From: Rhina ancylostomus
Lineage: Eukaryota
NCBI GenBank assembly: GCA_030265395.1
Contig: JARFYF010000112.1
Coordinates: 74,833,600 to 74,897,599, forward strand
DNA length: 64,000 bases
Direction of reading: 5' to 3'
Notes under the pieces: generated by a model
The model's database searches: none
The model's input: only the letters and a program-made list of their open reading frames with translations
Told to the model about the DNA's origin: nothing
Position numbers and translations under genes: made by a program
Part shown: positions 1 to 14,622 of the stretch, piece by piece
Layout: the number at the start of each line of letters is the position of its first letter
How positions within the stretch are numbered: the first letter of the stretch is position 1

Positions 1-742
1 CCTAAGCCACATGTTAAACTGCACTCTCTTTCTATTTCTTGCCTCGCCAGCATGTGACACAGGTAGCAGTCCTGAGATCACCACCCTGGAGGTCCTATCT
101 TTTAACTTAGCACCCAACTGCCTGAATTCACTTTGCAGGACCTAGTCACCCTTCCCGCCTATGTCATTGGTGCCGATGTCGACCACGACTTCCGGCTGCT
201 CACCCTCCCCCTTCAGAATGCTGTGGGCTCTATATGAGACGTCTCTGACCCAGGCGCCTGGGAGATAACATACCATTCGGAAGTCTCGTTCTAGACTACA
301 GAAACTCCTATCTGATCCCCTTACCAATGAATTCCCTATTCTGCACTCCTCCTCCTTCCCTTCTGAGCGAGAGCCAGACTCTGCCGGAGACCTGGCTGCT
401 GTCGCTTTCCTCTGGTAGGTCGTCCCCCTCAACACTATGAAAAATGATGCTATTGAGGGGAACATCCACAGGGGTACCCTGTACTGATTGCTTATTCCCC
501 TTCCTTCTCCTGACAGTCACCCAGCTACCTGCACCTTAGGTGTGACTACCTCCCTGTAACTCCTATCATCCCCTCAGTTTCCCGAGTGAATTCATCCAGC
601 TCCAGTCCTCTAACGCAGTAAGTAGCTGCAGCAGGATGCAGTTCTCCTGGGTGTAGTCATCAGAGATACTGGAGGTCTCTCTGACTTCCCACTTCCTACA
701 GGAGGAGCATACCGCTGCCCCGACTGCCATTTGATGTAAAAT
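1..742 (-). mobile_element. CR1 LINE ORF1 fragment (zinc finger-like N-terminus plus SGNH esterase), degenerate
   Basis: AVCSSCRKWEVRETSSISDDY..CILLQLL and RMVCYLPGAWVRDVS..EGEQPEVVVDIGTNDIG, typical of CR1 ORF1; frameshifted. Confidence 0.8.
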
Positions 743-1533
743 NNNNNNNNNNNNNNTCATACTTGAGCCCAAACTAATAGGTTACACATTTCATTTCAGA
801 TAGTGTTCTACAAGTTTGAAAAACTAAACATTATGGGATAATAGCTAAAATTAATGGAAAATTCACACATTTGTACTTGTTAAAAATTGGAAAATATTCA
901 ACCTTAACTAGTTCTCGGATGTGTCATCCTTAGCACTTATTGCCCATTTCTACAAATGCTCCAGAAAGTTTTATTGAACAATTTTACACCCTCATTCATT
1001 TTAGTCTTTTAAACCAAATTACTTCTGTTGTTAAAGATATTTTCACTTGTTTCCCCAAGTTCTCTGGTGAATGCAACAGAGATTGAGTTGATGAGAGAAA
1101 AACAGCACACACACATTAAAGTTTGAAGTCCATGAAAAAAAATGTGGTTAATGATCCAAACTGAAGGACAGCACAATCAACTAATGGAATTAATTTGTAC
1201 ATCCTTTTAATGCAGATTCAGCTCCAGTAGCATGGTAATAAATGTGGGCAATTTAAAAACTGAGGGCAATTTAGAGTAATTTGTAAAAGCAGAGATTTAT
1301 CCATATTCCTAGAAATATAGGACAAAGTGGACTGCAAATTTGAAGTAATTTTTACAGACTTTCATTTATTGACTTTGCAACATTTTTGCTTCAATAACAT
1401 TCAGAAGTTTTTTTTCTAAAAAAGAGAAACAAAAGATACGAGCAGAACTGAAATGAGCAAATTATTTTTTTAAGAAATGCCTTCAGGAACTGAAGCATAT
1501 ATTCCAACTCAGTTTCTTCAAAGGCAAACTCAC

Positions 1534-1644
1534 CATGTTTCAATTTGGACAGCATTGATTTCTCTGCATCTACTGATGCACTCTTTCCCACCAATAGTCT
1601 CTTTGCCAAGTCCTTCTTGTAAAATGCCTCAAATACATCTTTTC
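1534..1644 (-). CDS. CUL4B: Cullin-4B coding exon 13 (last in window; gene continues past position 1)
   Basis: [37 protein letters not shown] (cullin homology domain KDVFE..LAKRLL); aatAG / CATG|GTGAGT; 111 nt. Confidence 0.96.
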
Positions 1645-2107
1645 CTATTTTTCAAAACAAAAAAAGGATTTAGAGCTCATTGTTCTACCATATATCCAGA
1701 ATAAAAATTACATTGATAGTTCATTGCTACATTAATCAATTTTCTTTCTTCCTAATCATATGGATTCATAGTTGTGGATCAGCACAGAAGCCAGTTATCC
1801 TTTGATTCCTCACCCAATTTACTATTCATCCTGTAGGAGCCTGGATAAAACATATTGGAGGCAACTCAGCCATGCTCTGGACTTAAAGGGAAAGAGGACT
1901 AAAGGAAACAACTAAAGCTGGGCCAATTGCCTTCTCCACACCTGCATTTCCAGTAAGGTAACTGGATGATGATCAGATACAGGAACTCTGAGATCCAACT
2001 GCAATCCTGGTTGATGAGCCTTTGCCATCAAGTTCATGTAGTTCTGCATCATATCACAACATATTTTTAATCACTGGTCCAGTGATAGGGCATGCAATAA
2101 TTTCTTA

Positions 2108-2278
<171 letters not shown>

Positions 2279-3653
2279 TCAAAATTAAATCCTCTTTTAA
2301 ATGGGAGATTTTTACATCTTCTAAAACAGAAAAGGTCAATAGTCTCTGCAGTGTTTATGCTCCAGTCTTCTCTCACCATCTAATCCTACCAGCAGAACCA
2401 CTTCCTCCTTTTCCTCTCAAGTGTCTATTTTGCTTTTCCTTTAACACATATAATTTTGCTCAACTATTCATTGTGGCAGTACATTCCTGACACTGAATTA
2501 AGTACTTGCAGTCATTATCAGCATAGTTTACCATTTTGGAATTTCCATAAACACACAAGAGAATGAAGAAATCCCATAGTTGTAGTCATCACTGGGTAGC
2601 AAGCTATATTTTGATTTATTTGGTGTGAAATTCAACTAAACTTTATCCACCATGTCAGAGAAGGTAACAATAAGTATTTTCCCACTGTCAGATTGGAGGA
2701 AAATAACTGAGGATAAACACTTAATGATACAGATTTTTATTAAGTGTTTTAATAAATTTTTAGATGGTTAACTGTCTAAAGATGTTTAAATGTTCCACGT
2801 GTTCCAAGTAATGTCTCCAAAGTTCATTAACAGTTCAGTCTAAATCTGGGGCATGACAGCTTATCATCAATTGTTTTTCCTCCTCATTCATGGAGTTGGT
2901 TCAGGTCACCCCATCTGATAGTATTTTTACATCCTTAGGCTAGTCAATGTGCAGAGCCACCCTGCAAAAGATCCAAAGAACTTTTCTCTATAAGTTCCCA
3001 CTGAGCTGCTCACTTTGAACTGGTCCACAGTGAGTGCGCTCAACAGAATATCACAAAAATTACCATTTATTCATGGGCATGATTTACAGCATCTACTTTT
3101 AGATACCATCATAGAGCTAATATATGTACAACCACAAACGCCATTCATAGCAAGCTATATAAATTGTTTTCTTTTTATATAAAAATATCATAATCTGCTT
3201 CTAGCTCATGAGACCAATGAAATAATGAAAATGATTAAGTATTTTCTTCAATTCAAATGAATCATTTGATAACATTATAACAAAATTATCCAGCTTTCAA
3301 AACATAAAAACTGAAGTAAACAATGCATTAGACTATACTGGCTCCTATTCCTTATTCTTTTCTATTGAAGTATGACAGAAATGAAGTATACCAATATGAA
3401 ACAAAAGCAATTTCAAAGATACAGCAGTTTTTGATTATATGCAGTTTCTAGGACAAAATGTAGACAATGTGGCACTGTTTTAGTCAGACAGGAAAATCCT
3501 ACATAATGAAATTTCCCATTCTGTAATGTCTCTTCCAGGTTAAAAAAACTAACTACTGGGAAATCAACAAGTTTGATTTACTGTGTTTAACTTCTGTTTA
3601 TTATGAAAATACCAAATTGGCAGGTGCTTTTATTATCTGTATATCTACCATAC

Positions 3654-3846
3654 CTATTAGTTCAGCTGGTTTGTTTGGTCGTTTGTTAATGAAGGTTTCA
3701 AAGGCTTCTTTCATTGCATTTACAAATTTTTCATTCTTCAGGAAGCAGACATCCACCACGTGATCCACTTTGTCCTTGAAATCAAGTAGTTCTTGAACCA
3801 TTGTTTTATCTTTCTCAGGATTAATTACTATGGTACTGCCAAAGGT
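3654..3846 (-). CDS. CUL4B: Cullin-4B coding exon 11
   Basis: [64 protein letters not shown]; cctcAG / ATAG|GTATGG; 193 nt. Confidence 0.97.
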
Positions 3847-5682
3847 CTGAGGATTAAAAAAAACTTTTAGTCAAAATTCTGAGGAAGATAAACATTAATT
3901 GAAAGTACTTAAATGACCATATCATTTTGCATAAGAAAATGCCTGAATTCAATCACAATGATTTAAACAGTGCACAACTTTAAATGCATTTTGAAAGGAC
4001 CCTTTCCCAACCTCAGTACCAATATCTTTCGAATCAAAGTACAAATTCTTAGAGTACAATCTACATCCTCAGCACCTTGTCAAAGTAACAATGTTTCTAA
4101 CATGGGTCATAATAACAAATGCTATTTTGGAATATGGAAATGTAACCCTGTTCTTTCTTGATTTTTCCACTCCACCATCCCTATTCACCCCACACACACA
4201 CAAATACAAATGCACAGCTGAGCAGAAGTCTATGTATAACAATGAACAGGAGAAATCAGGATGATATTTAATAAGTGAAACTCCAACTATCCAGATTCTT
4301 CAAGGACATGACTAAGGCAAGTTTCTCCCAACATCTAGTGCACCCTAAATCACCAATACATTAACTGCTTTTTCACCTTCAGCCAAGACCAAATGATCCA
4401 TCCTTTCTGATTTTAATCAGAACTCTAACAAACATCTCCTGATGAAGAAAGTTCTCCTTTTCCATTTGCTCTTCCAGTAATGAGCTTAAAATTTGATTTC
4501 CGTTACTGAATCTCATCAACTGGCATATTTAGCTTCAAATTTAATCAAAACCATTTACAAGTTTCAACAAACCAATGAGATCTCCTCAATCACTACTCAT
4601 AGACCTGAACCAGGAAATGCTTCTCAACACAGATGCTTCCGACTTGGCGAATATTTTCTTTTTTTGGCATTAACACCCATAGTACTTTGCTCAGGTTATA
4701 CACTTCTATTCGAGTGAAAGAAAGTTCCTCTCCTTATAACCAAAGCCAATAATCAATATTTTCTGAAGTACAATAACATTTAAAAGACCTGTGATGAAAA
4801 ACTCAGATATTCTTTCAGACTGAATGGAGGTTTCCTGCACAAGTGTCTGAAATAAAGTATTTTATTAATAATCCAATTTTAAATAAAGGCATACAGGATG
4901 TACTTTGTTGAGTGAAACAAGACTTTGAAAAGTCTCGACAAGGTGGATACAGAAACAATGTTTCCTTTTGTGGAATAATCCAGATCTCAGGCTCACTGTC
5001 CTAAGTATGGGCTTGCCCATTCATTAAAGAGGCAAAATTCACTTTGAGGGTTGAGCGTCTTTGGAACCCACTTCCTTAAGAGCTGCAGGAAGCAGGATTT
5101 TAGAGAAGCAGATTCTTTCCAAGGGAGTGAAAGGACCACAATCAGCAGGAATGTGGAGTCAATGTTGCAATCAGATCAGGCATAATCTTATTAAATGGCA
5201 GAGTAGGCCCAAGGTGTCCAATTCATACCTTTACATGCAAGCAGTCGTGGTGTCTTTGCACATTAAAGTGGTGGAATGAAAGGAAGAGCTATCAATGGTG
5301 TTTGAATGATGGTGAATGAGCCGGAGGGCTCTTCCTTTGATGTTCTTAGGTAGTTAATGAACAAGGTTTAAAGTGTACATGGAAATCTGGACAGTTTGTT
5401 TTTCATCCGAGAAAGCTCCTTATACCAAAGCACAGCATTTTCAATCATGCAACTGCATCTGATGCTACACTCCAGAGAGGAATTGTAAACTACAGAATCA
5501 GATTATCACTGACGTATACGATGTGAGGTTTGTTTTGCAGCAACAATACAACATAGAGACAAAAGTTACTAAAAATTAAAACTGCCAAAAAAGGAATATT
5601 GAGGTAGTGTTCATAGACCGTTCCGTTATCTGATGGTGAAGGGAAGAAGTAGTTTCTGAATTGAGTGTGAAGGAAGGCTCAG

Positions 5683-5800
5683 ATTCCAGATGAAGGGTCT
5701 CAACCCAAAATATTGACTGTCCATTTCCCACCACAGATGCTACCTGACCCTCTAAGTTCCTCCAGCATCTTGTTGCTCCAGATTCCAGCATTTGCAGTCC
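5683..5800 (+). mobile_element. Penelope-like terminal repeat fragment with decayed hammerhead motif
   Basis: CAGATGAAGGGTCTCAACCCAAAATATTGACTG..GATGCTACCTGACC..TTCCTCCAGCAT; related copies at about 17585, 30440 (reverse), 45707, 49659, 50451 and 58685. Confidence 0.65.
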
Positions 5801-5829
5801 AGTGTCTCCAACATAACAAAACTCATTAT

Positions 5830-6370
5830 GCATTGCAGGTAATAAAATGATAGCATCCTGGTCTGCAGGTTGCATGATGAATTGGTGCAAGGAGGAAAAA
5901 AACTCATTTTTCAGGGACATTGTCAACAATGAGCAAGCCTTTTGTTGTCCAGATTATTCCTTGCACACTATTTGGTGAAGTAGAGAACAGCAAGACTGTT
6001 TTTGGCTGCCTTGNNNNNNNNNNACCTGGATCAAATTTTTTATCCCTTGAAATGAACATGGCCGAGAACATAGTCTTCCAAAAGAGCCCAGTTTCATCCA
6101 TACTGAACACTTGCTGATTTGTTAAGTTCCTTGGGAAAATTTTGTCATTAGTATCTGCATTTGTTGCTCTCCAGCAAGAATATTATTTTGTAGTTTGCAT
6201 GTTTCTTCAATCGTTCCAATTAGCCAGAGTTGGCCTTGAAGATATCATCACTTTCAGAAAGCTTATCATCTGTCTCACATTCTTTGAAGTCTTTCCATAG
6301 CAAACCTAAACATTTATTTCCCCCCCTGGACTGTCATTTGCCTCAGGTACAGATAGCATTGATTCTGATC
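5830..6370 (-). mobile_element. Tigger/pogo DNA transposase relic
   Basis: VFSMDETGLFWKTM..FISRDKK..PG, LLIVDNVP and IMQPADQDAII correspond to the pogo DETG, LDN and QPxDQ motifs; broken frame. Confidence 0.8.
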
Positions 6371-6383
6371 CCCTAACCACAAC

Positions 6384-7745
6384 AGTACAGTGCAAAGAGA
6401 GGCCCTTCAGCCAACTACGTCTATGCCATCCACAATACCGATATAAAATACTCTATTTCCCCTTNNNNNNNNNNNNNNNNNNNNNNNNNNNNNNNNNNNN
6501 NNNTCCCTCTATTCCCTGCCTGTTCATGTGTTGGTCTAAATGCTTCTTAAATGTTGCTATTTTAAGACATCAAGATATTTATTAGTCACATGTACATCAA
6601 AACACACAGTGAAACGCGCCTTTTGCATTACTGAGAATGTACTGGGGGCAACCTGCAAGTGTCACCACTCTTCTGACACCAACATAGCATGCCCACAACT
6701 CCAAACCTATACGTCTTTGGAAATGTGGGAGGAAACCAGAGCACCCAGAGGAAACCCACGCAGACATGGGGAGAATGTGCAAACTCCTTACAGACATTGG
6801 CGGGAATTGAGCCTGGGTTGCTGGCACTGTAACAGCATTATGCTAACTGCTACACTACTGTGCTGCCATCTGCTTCTACCACCTCACTTAAGAGCACATT
6901 CCAGGCACCTATCATTCTGATACAAAAAAAATTACCTTGCACATCTCCTTTAAACTTTCCCCATCTCACCTTTAAGCTATACCCTCGAGTCTTTGATATT
7001 TCTACCCTCAGAAAAACNNNNNNNNNNNNNNNNNNNNNNNNNNNNNNNNNNNNNNNNNNNNNNNNNNNNNNNNNNNNNNNNNNNNNNNNNNNNNNNNNNN
7101 NNNNNNNNNNNNNNNNNCACATCTCCTTTAAACTTTCCCCATCTCACCTTAAAGCTATACCCTCGAGTCTTTGATATTTCTACCCTCAGAAAAACACCAT
7201 CTACTCTACCTATGCCTCTCGATTTTATATACTTCTATTAAGTCACCCCTCAGCCTTCGACACTCCAGAGAAAACAATGTAAGTTTGTCCAACCTCTCCT
7301 TATATCCTCTAATCCAGGCAATATTCTGGTGAACCTTTTTTTGCATCCTCTTAAGGGTTTCCACACCATTCCTATACGATTGCAAACAGAACTGCTCACG
7401 ATACTCCAAATATGACAGAAACAAAATTTTATACAGCTGCAACACGACTTCCAGACTTTGGTACCCAATGCTCTGACTGACGAAGGCAAGCATACCCTCC
7501 ACCTTCTTTGCCATCCCATCTACTTGTATTGCCATTTTCAGGGAGCAATGGACTTGCACCTCAAGATCCCTCTGTGCATCAAAGTTCCTAAGAGTCCTGT
7601 CATTCACTCTTGCCTTTGACCTCCCAAAGTGCAGCAGCTAACACTTGCCCAGATTAAAATTTCCAATTAATCTGTACCCTATTGTATCCCTTGACAGCCT
7701 TCCTCATCTACAATCCCACCAATTTTCATGTCATCTGCACAGAAA
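6384..7745 (-). mobile_element. CR1 LINE ORF2 3' fragment (interrupted by the SINE and gaps)
   Basis: QRDLEVQVH..LYKIL..YLEY..ERLDKLTLFSLECRRLRGDLIEVYKI, TRGYSLKV, WNVLLSEVVEA. Confidence 0.85.
6565..6868 (-). mobile_element. tRNA-derived V-SINE (HE1-like), inserted into a CR1 3' end
   Basis: V-domain GAGTTTGCACATTCTCCCCATGTCTGCGTGGGTTTCCTCTGGGTGCTCTGGTTTCCTCCCAC on the minus strand; CR1 sequence on both sides. Confidence 0.8.
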
Positions 7746-10069
7746 CTTAACCCTTTTTCAATTCTCTCCACTGTTACACTTCTGCACTTTGCACCACAAT
7801 GCACCTCCAGGAGTAATATTTTGGACAAATGTTTTTTATTCTGTCCACATTAAGGATTGCTCACACCATCAATGCTGTAGGATTTAACGAACAGCAGATA
7901 GCGAATGCTCACCTTTTTCACTTCTATTAATTACATCCATTATGATAAGTTTGTAGTGATTTATTAGAGGGGGTGCAATCCTCAGAATTACTGGGAGTTT
8001 TGAAGCCATTTTGAAAGATGCATTGAATAAATTGTGATGAATCCCAATAACAAGCAGGGCACTGCAACCCCAATAATGACAAACTGGCATGGGAGGAAGG
8101 CAGTCATGCATTATGGACTGAGAATAGCACTTTTCATTACTGTGAGAAAAGCTTTGTACATCAAGGACATGTAAAGAGTCAACAACATTACGGCAGATTC
8201 TTTAATTCATAAATGGAGAAGCAGCTGTTAATGGTGAATTCTCATCACTGTGTCCAAGTTATGTGTTCAACAAAGCAACTAGAATACTGTGTTAATATTG
8301 TCACAGCATTCAGGCAATATCATAAATATGGAGATCTTCCAAAGCTGTACTGACAGTAAAACCCACAAGAGCTAGGACTTCCTGACATGCTCAAAAGGGC
8401 TCATTCTAGCTTAGGCACATGCCAAAGCTGAAGTTCTGACTTTCCAAATTGCTGCACCCTGATGCTGGATTGCAAGCACTGCATTTATGGTTTCTCCATG
8501 TTTCTCAGCAATAATTTGGCATTCAGAGATGCCTGTTTTCTGCAATCGTGCCAGTTGGAAGACAGGTTACTAGTTATTCATGTATGTGGCCAGTGAATTT
8601 GCACAACAATGAACCTTGAAACCTCTGGGAGACAAAAATTAACTATTGAATCCCTGACAGGAACAGACTTTGTACTTATTGATTAAAAGTAAACTAAACT
8701 AATTCTGTATCAGAATCCTTGGAAAAACAATGGAAACAAGATGAGCCCAATATTTCTCTCTCCAGCTTCAATTTTGTCTAAGGAAGGTTCAGTTATGCCA
8801 GATATGGCCCCTTAACAGATCCAAACTCACACTAATAAAGGTATGATACAGGCAGAATCCAAGCTAAACAATTAAACCACAGCTCGCCCACCATAACACG
8901 GACTAGCTAATGCCGAAGCCTTTGATTTTAGACTTGACATCTTCAATCCATGGAATATTAATCCTCTTGTGTGGGGTAAAAAGTTAATTCAAAAGCTATT
9001 AGAAATATACATTTAATATGCCAATCATTAATTGAAGATGGACTTGATGTAAATTAGCAGTTAGTTGAAGTAACAAAGATTACTGAAGAGCCAAATGTCC
9101 CAAGTTCCAGGAAAGACCAAAAGACTGCCTTCACTAGTTATCAAATTGTGTTATAGCCACGTCACTTTATTCACCATGTTCTAGCACACTAAAATATTAA
9201 AGCAGCTGTGAGATTTTAAGAACATACTGCAAAGCTATTGGCCACCTGACAGGTTAGACAGCCAGAGAGCCCACGGTCACTCATAAGATGTCATGACTAT
9301 TCAGGGGCACTTTTGGTCAGAAAGGTCCTATGATGATTGGTGAGGAGTCAGTCTCCTGTTGAACCCCACAGCAAGAAACAGTATAGTCCAAAGGCAAACA
9401 TGGGCAACTTGCTGGTCATCAAAAGATCCAACATCTTGTCCATTCAAACTGTACCTGGGAGTAATGCCGTGAATTTCAATGCCTTCCAAATCCTAGCAAT
9501 GGTGTACACAGAATGTTTCTTGGTGTCAAACGTGATTGTGTAAAACACATTATTCATATGTCAGGTACTTTCTGCCTCAAAAGAGACTTTGGCAAAGAAA
9601 ATGTTAGAAACATCAAGTTTACCAGTCTAAAGGAAGTAATCATGCAACAGTGTTATTTTAATGTCTGAGGGAACAAAATAGAAGCTGCAGATTCATGAGT
9701 CTGAAAAGAAATTAGACAGTGGAGGCTTTCCCCTACTCTATTGCAAGTTTACACAGCTGATGTGATAATGATCACAAATTAAAATCAGCACAAAACCTCA
9801 AGACTGTGCACCAAACTGAACAATATCTTTAAGAAAAAGTGTGCTTGGACAGAAACAAAAATGGGAGGAAAGGTAAAACAAAAAGTATGGAATAAGTTCA
9901 TAAGAAAAGAATTTCAAACATACAAATAGCAAAAAGTTAGAGTTGAGTGAGCAACTTTAAATTTACCCAATGACAAAATGGGAGATTAGAAGGTGTATTT
10001 GTTATTTATCAGTTTCTCTATTGTATAGTTTTTTCCCCACTGAATTTATAGGCAATTTTTGTTGCATCA

Positions 10070-10303
<234 letters not shown>

Positions 10304-10460
10304 CTAACATAAACTAAAGGAACTTGACCCAATACAAGTTCCAACTAATCTATTGTCAAGTTCCAAAAAAAAACTCAACAATTAAATTTGATTAATATTT
10401 ACTGGGGAAGAACTATACCCTAACAGTTTACATCAATGTTCAAGTTAAAATTCAGGTTAC

Positions 10461-10528
10461 CTTTCTGAAGAATGGCTGGTAAATGTTCACCTAGAAGTTG
10501 TTTCTCCACAGTAGCTATTAGAGGCTTT
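10461..10528 (-). CDS. CUL4B: Cullin-4B coding exon 9
   Basis: KPLIATVEKQLLGEHLPAILQK(G); cttcAG / AAAG|GTAACC; 68 nt. Confidence 0.95.
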
Positions 10529-10746
10529 CTGAAGAAAATTAAAACACATCAAAATTTAAATTAGAAAACTAATTAAGGCCTACAGTTAAGTTTCTTGTTA
10601 CAATATAAAAAATACTACAACATCCGCAAAGGTATTGATATTACTCAAATTCAACCCTTAAGCAAATATTGTGATTATACTTAAAAGTTAACAATTAGAT
10701 TGGATCATCTCAGGAAATTATAGTTCCTCAGTAGATAGCATTTTGA

Positions 10747-10782
10747 AGCTAAATTGGTTAGCTAAATTGGTTAGCTAAATTG
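10747..10782. repeat. 13-nt tandem repeat AGCTAAATTGGTT, about 2.8 copies
   Basis: read directly. Confidence 0.85.
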
Positions 10783-10925
10783 CCCAAAACAAAAACTAAC
10801 TCAATTTGTCACTGGTAAAGCATGAAGCAGAAGTGTTTTATAGGTAAGAGGCAAGGTTAAATTATCTAGGACCATGCAACCAACCTATAAGCTCCACAGA
10901 GTAACTGCTCAAAATCTGTACTTAC

Positions 10926-11008
10926 TGTGTACTCTGATCTAAATATGTGATAACCCGATCTGCTTCTTCCTCCAAGCGTTTATTAACATGATGTAAATAT
11001 TCTGGAAC
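10926..11008 (-). CDS. CUL4B: Cullin-4B coding exon 8
   Basis: VPEYLHHVNKRLEEEADRVITYLDQSTQ; atttAG / CA|GTAAGT; 83 nt. Confidence 0.96.
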
Positions 11009-14000
11009 CTAAATAGAATAAAGTCAAGTTAATTTCACCTGGAAATAAACTGCAAACAGCCAAGTTAAATTCCATTCAATGGCAGCAGAATCTTTAATGC
11101 TGAAATTACACCAACAATATTCTTTCAAGAGCAGAAAATCATTTACTGAAAAATAAAAAGTCATCAGAACACTACCAGCTTTGCCACATGTTCATTGATG
11201 GGGATAAGAGGAGAACTACAGATTGTAAAGAGGAGACAGAGGTGATAAAAAAAAGGATGTGGGAAATTGCACAGATTGAAGCAATGTAAATCAACACAGA
11301 TTACGTGGATTTTTTTGCCACTTGCCACCAACTCCATGGACTTCTTGCTCTTGGGTGCTGGCTTGCATTTGAACCAATCTGACATAAATACCCAAGACCA
11401 ATGCATGCTCCTTCACTGGCTGCACTGACATCCTGCTTTGATTGCTGCTTGATCATTGACAGCGATACCTCTTCCCTCATTGAAGTTTATCACAACTTTA
11501 TTAACACTAGCGATCTTGCCCAAACTACTATGATAGGAGTATGCTCACTAACCCATTAGTTTCTTCTCAAACTCCTCTGTTATCTTCTAGAAATTCACTT
11601 TGCTCCAGACCTCTTCTTTCTCATTCCCTATAGCCCTCCCCAAAAACATCAACCAGCACTTCTCACCAAGATATTCTCCCTCAGCACTGACATCTCAAAA
11701 TTTCATGACTTTTCAAACAACTTTGTCCTTTAACTAGATTCATCATACAATCTCTCCAAATTCTTGAAAGCACCGTCAAACTTGCTATCTCATGAGGTCT
11801 CTATACTCCCATAATACAGAGGACAATGACCACACTTTTGAATACTTCACCATCTCAATTCTCTCTTGGTCCACTTCCTTCTGAAAGCACTGTTACAAAG
11901 TAGCACACACAGGTAATTTATTAATTCCAACTGCTAAACACCAAACATTTTGCACGTTTTAAGAAAATTGATTGGACTAGTTAAGACATTTTATCATGAA
12001 TCTGCCCAATTCATTAGATGGGCAGTGGCGATGGAAGTGTGAACAAACCAGGATTAGTGGTACGGGGGCGGGGTGGGGGGTGGAAGGAAGAAGAGACGGG
12101 GACTGTGGATGATGATAGCGACACAAGCAGTGGGTAAGGTGGAAGGAGTCAGAATGAGAAAGAGCAAATCCCCCCTCTAATGTAAACCTCCTAAGCACTG
12201 ATCAGACAATTATATACAAGAGTGTTTAAGATTGTGGAAACATTCTGAAATGTTTAACAAATGTAACAATTACAATGCCTGACCTTGAACTCTCATGAGG
12301 CTCCTTCCTCCATGCAACATCTCACCAAAAAAAAACTTGTAAATGCAATGAGCATTATCAAGATACATGATAAAAGGCCACATGCTCAGTGGCGATGGTG
12401 GGGCAAAAACCAGATGTGTAAGGTAGTATAAATGGACACATATAGAGATGAGGATTCTTAATGTGATGAAGATCAGCAAAAGGTAATCCAGAGGAATTTC
12501 ACCACAATGATAAATTGTTATCAGTTATTAAAGAACTTTCCACTCAATTATATTATTGGTTTAAACAGCAGTTTACTCTATTTAACTTTATTTTTTGCAA
12601 TTAATTCTGAAAAAATTGCTTTACAGACCTAATATATGATTTAAAAAAAGTAATAGCATTGACCCGAGCAACATTGCCATTTACCAGCTTTTATTCTTAA
12701 AAACATTTCCTATGACCATTAGCTTTCTATTCTTTAGCCAATTTTCTCCCAATCCACCCTTCATCCTTTATTCCATTAGACACACAAGTGACTTAATAAA
12801 ACTTCTTAAAATCCACAAACATCATCTATAGCATGCTTCCTATCAATTTTATTACTTAAAAACTCAATCTGGTTAGTCAAATATGCTTTAAACAAACATG
12901 CACTGCTTCTCATTCATTAACTTAATGTTTTCTAAACATCAAAATTTCTCCCAATTATAGTTTCTAAAAGCTTTCCATCAAGGTTAAACTGACCAGCCTG
13001 CAACTGTTTATCACATCCTTGCATCCCTTCTTGAACAAGGGCATCACAGCCGGCATGTATCTTATATGGATCAGGGGACCAATTTAAACAGAACCAACCT
13101 TTGAATATTTACCCCATCCATTACCTCCATCTCATTTCCTACTTAGAATTCGTTAAGTATCCTTTTGCTTAGTAATTATCAACTAAATTCTCATTTAGTC
13201 CAGGCATGCCTCTCAGCTTGTGCATAGCACAACCCCACACCTCCTTATATGAATTGTTTACTGTTTACTTGCTGATGGAATACTTCAAGATTCCTTTTCA
13301 TGCCAACTGCTATTATGTTCTCCCATTTTCCTCTTCTCATCCTCTTTCAACCTGAAGCCACTCGAATTGTTCAACTAACAAGCATCAGTCATATTCTTCT
13401 CACTTCCACACCTGCAACTTCCCTCCCACCTGTACAGCAATTTTTTTTTAAATCATAATTTCTGTCTCCTGCATCTAGAAAGCTCTGGCTTGGTCCCGGC
13501 CTTTACCCCCTTCTGAAAATGTACATGGCCTATACCCAAAACATCACCATCATTTTGTAATACTTTTTTCCTGGCCAATAACCAATTCCTGGCCAGATCT
13601 ACACTCATCCTATTGAGTTTAGCCTTCCTCCATTTAAGTAGTTCCACTTTGGAACGTTCGCTGCCCTTGTGCATTACCATTCCATGTTACACTTAGGTTG
13701 TTATTTTCCAATTGAAACTTGCCTATCTGATTTTTTCCCCCCCTTAACCAGATCCAATCATGCCTCCTTCCTCACTAGCCAATTAAGGAAGTTGCTACTA
13801 ATATTTTACAATAATTTCTCACTTTCTTTGTACATTAATATTATCTAAATATTAGGGTAAATGAAGACCCCCAAATTCACCACTCGACAGTTCTTGTACA
13901 TCTCTTTAATTTCCTTGCAGATTTATTTTAACTCCACATTCTGAAGATTTGTTATTTTATCTCTATTCCTGTTAAATGTTTTGCAGGATATTCTAGCAGC

Positions 14001-14622
14001 TTGATAGCATGTTTTCACGATTGAACCAAATAGATACTGCCCTCAAATCTGCTAGTGTTTTCTCTCTCCAGCATCAAAATCCATTCCTTAATGAGTGCTG
14101 TTATTTTCATCTTTTTCTTGATAGAACATGCCAAAGCACTGCCTATCTTTTAGCAACCTTTTAGTTATTATACTTGTTTTAGACTCCCAATAGAAGGGGA
14201 CAAAGTTCTCCTAACCCATCATATCAATTTCTTTCAAAATCCTACAAGGTTCAATTAATAATCCTTTAACCTCCTGGGTCCCAAAACACAAGGCTTGTTT
14301 CTCCTCAAACTGAAGCTTCAATACTAGTAAAAAAAAATCTTTTCCTTTGCCAACACCTTCCATCCAATGACATCTGAGTGTATTTGCCAAAAATGTCAAA
14401 TTACAACCATTTTAAATTATAGGCCAACCAGGATTTTGATTTGAGCTACATAATGTGATTTCAAGAGAGTGATTTTCTTCTCAAGGACATAACTAGAATT
14501 TGTTGGTATTTCTCCTTCAGAACTATGTGTTTTTAGTTTTACAAACTAGAATCAATACTTTTGCCTCTTTCTCTCTCAATTAAGAAAAGAAACCTATTAA
14601 TAGCTTTGGTTTTAACTCTAGT

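Noticed and set aside
13157-13166. GTATCCTTTT U12-like donor on the plus strand (also near 35948)
   Set aside because: Antisense to CUL4B with no adjacent exon; shows the motif can arise by chance.
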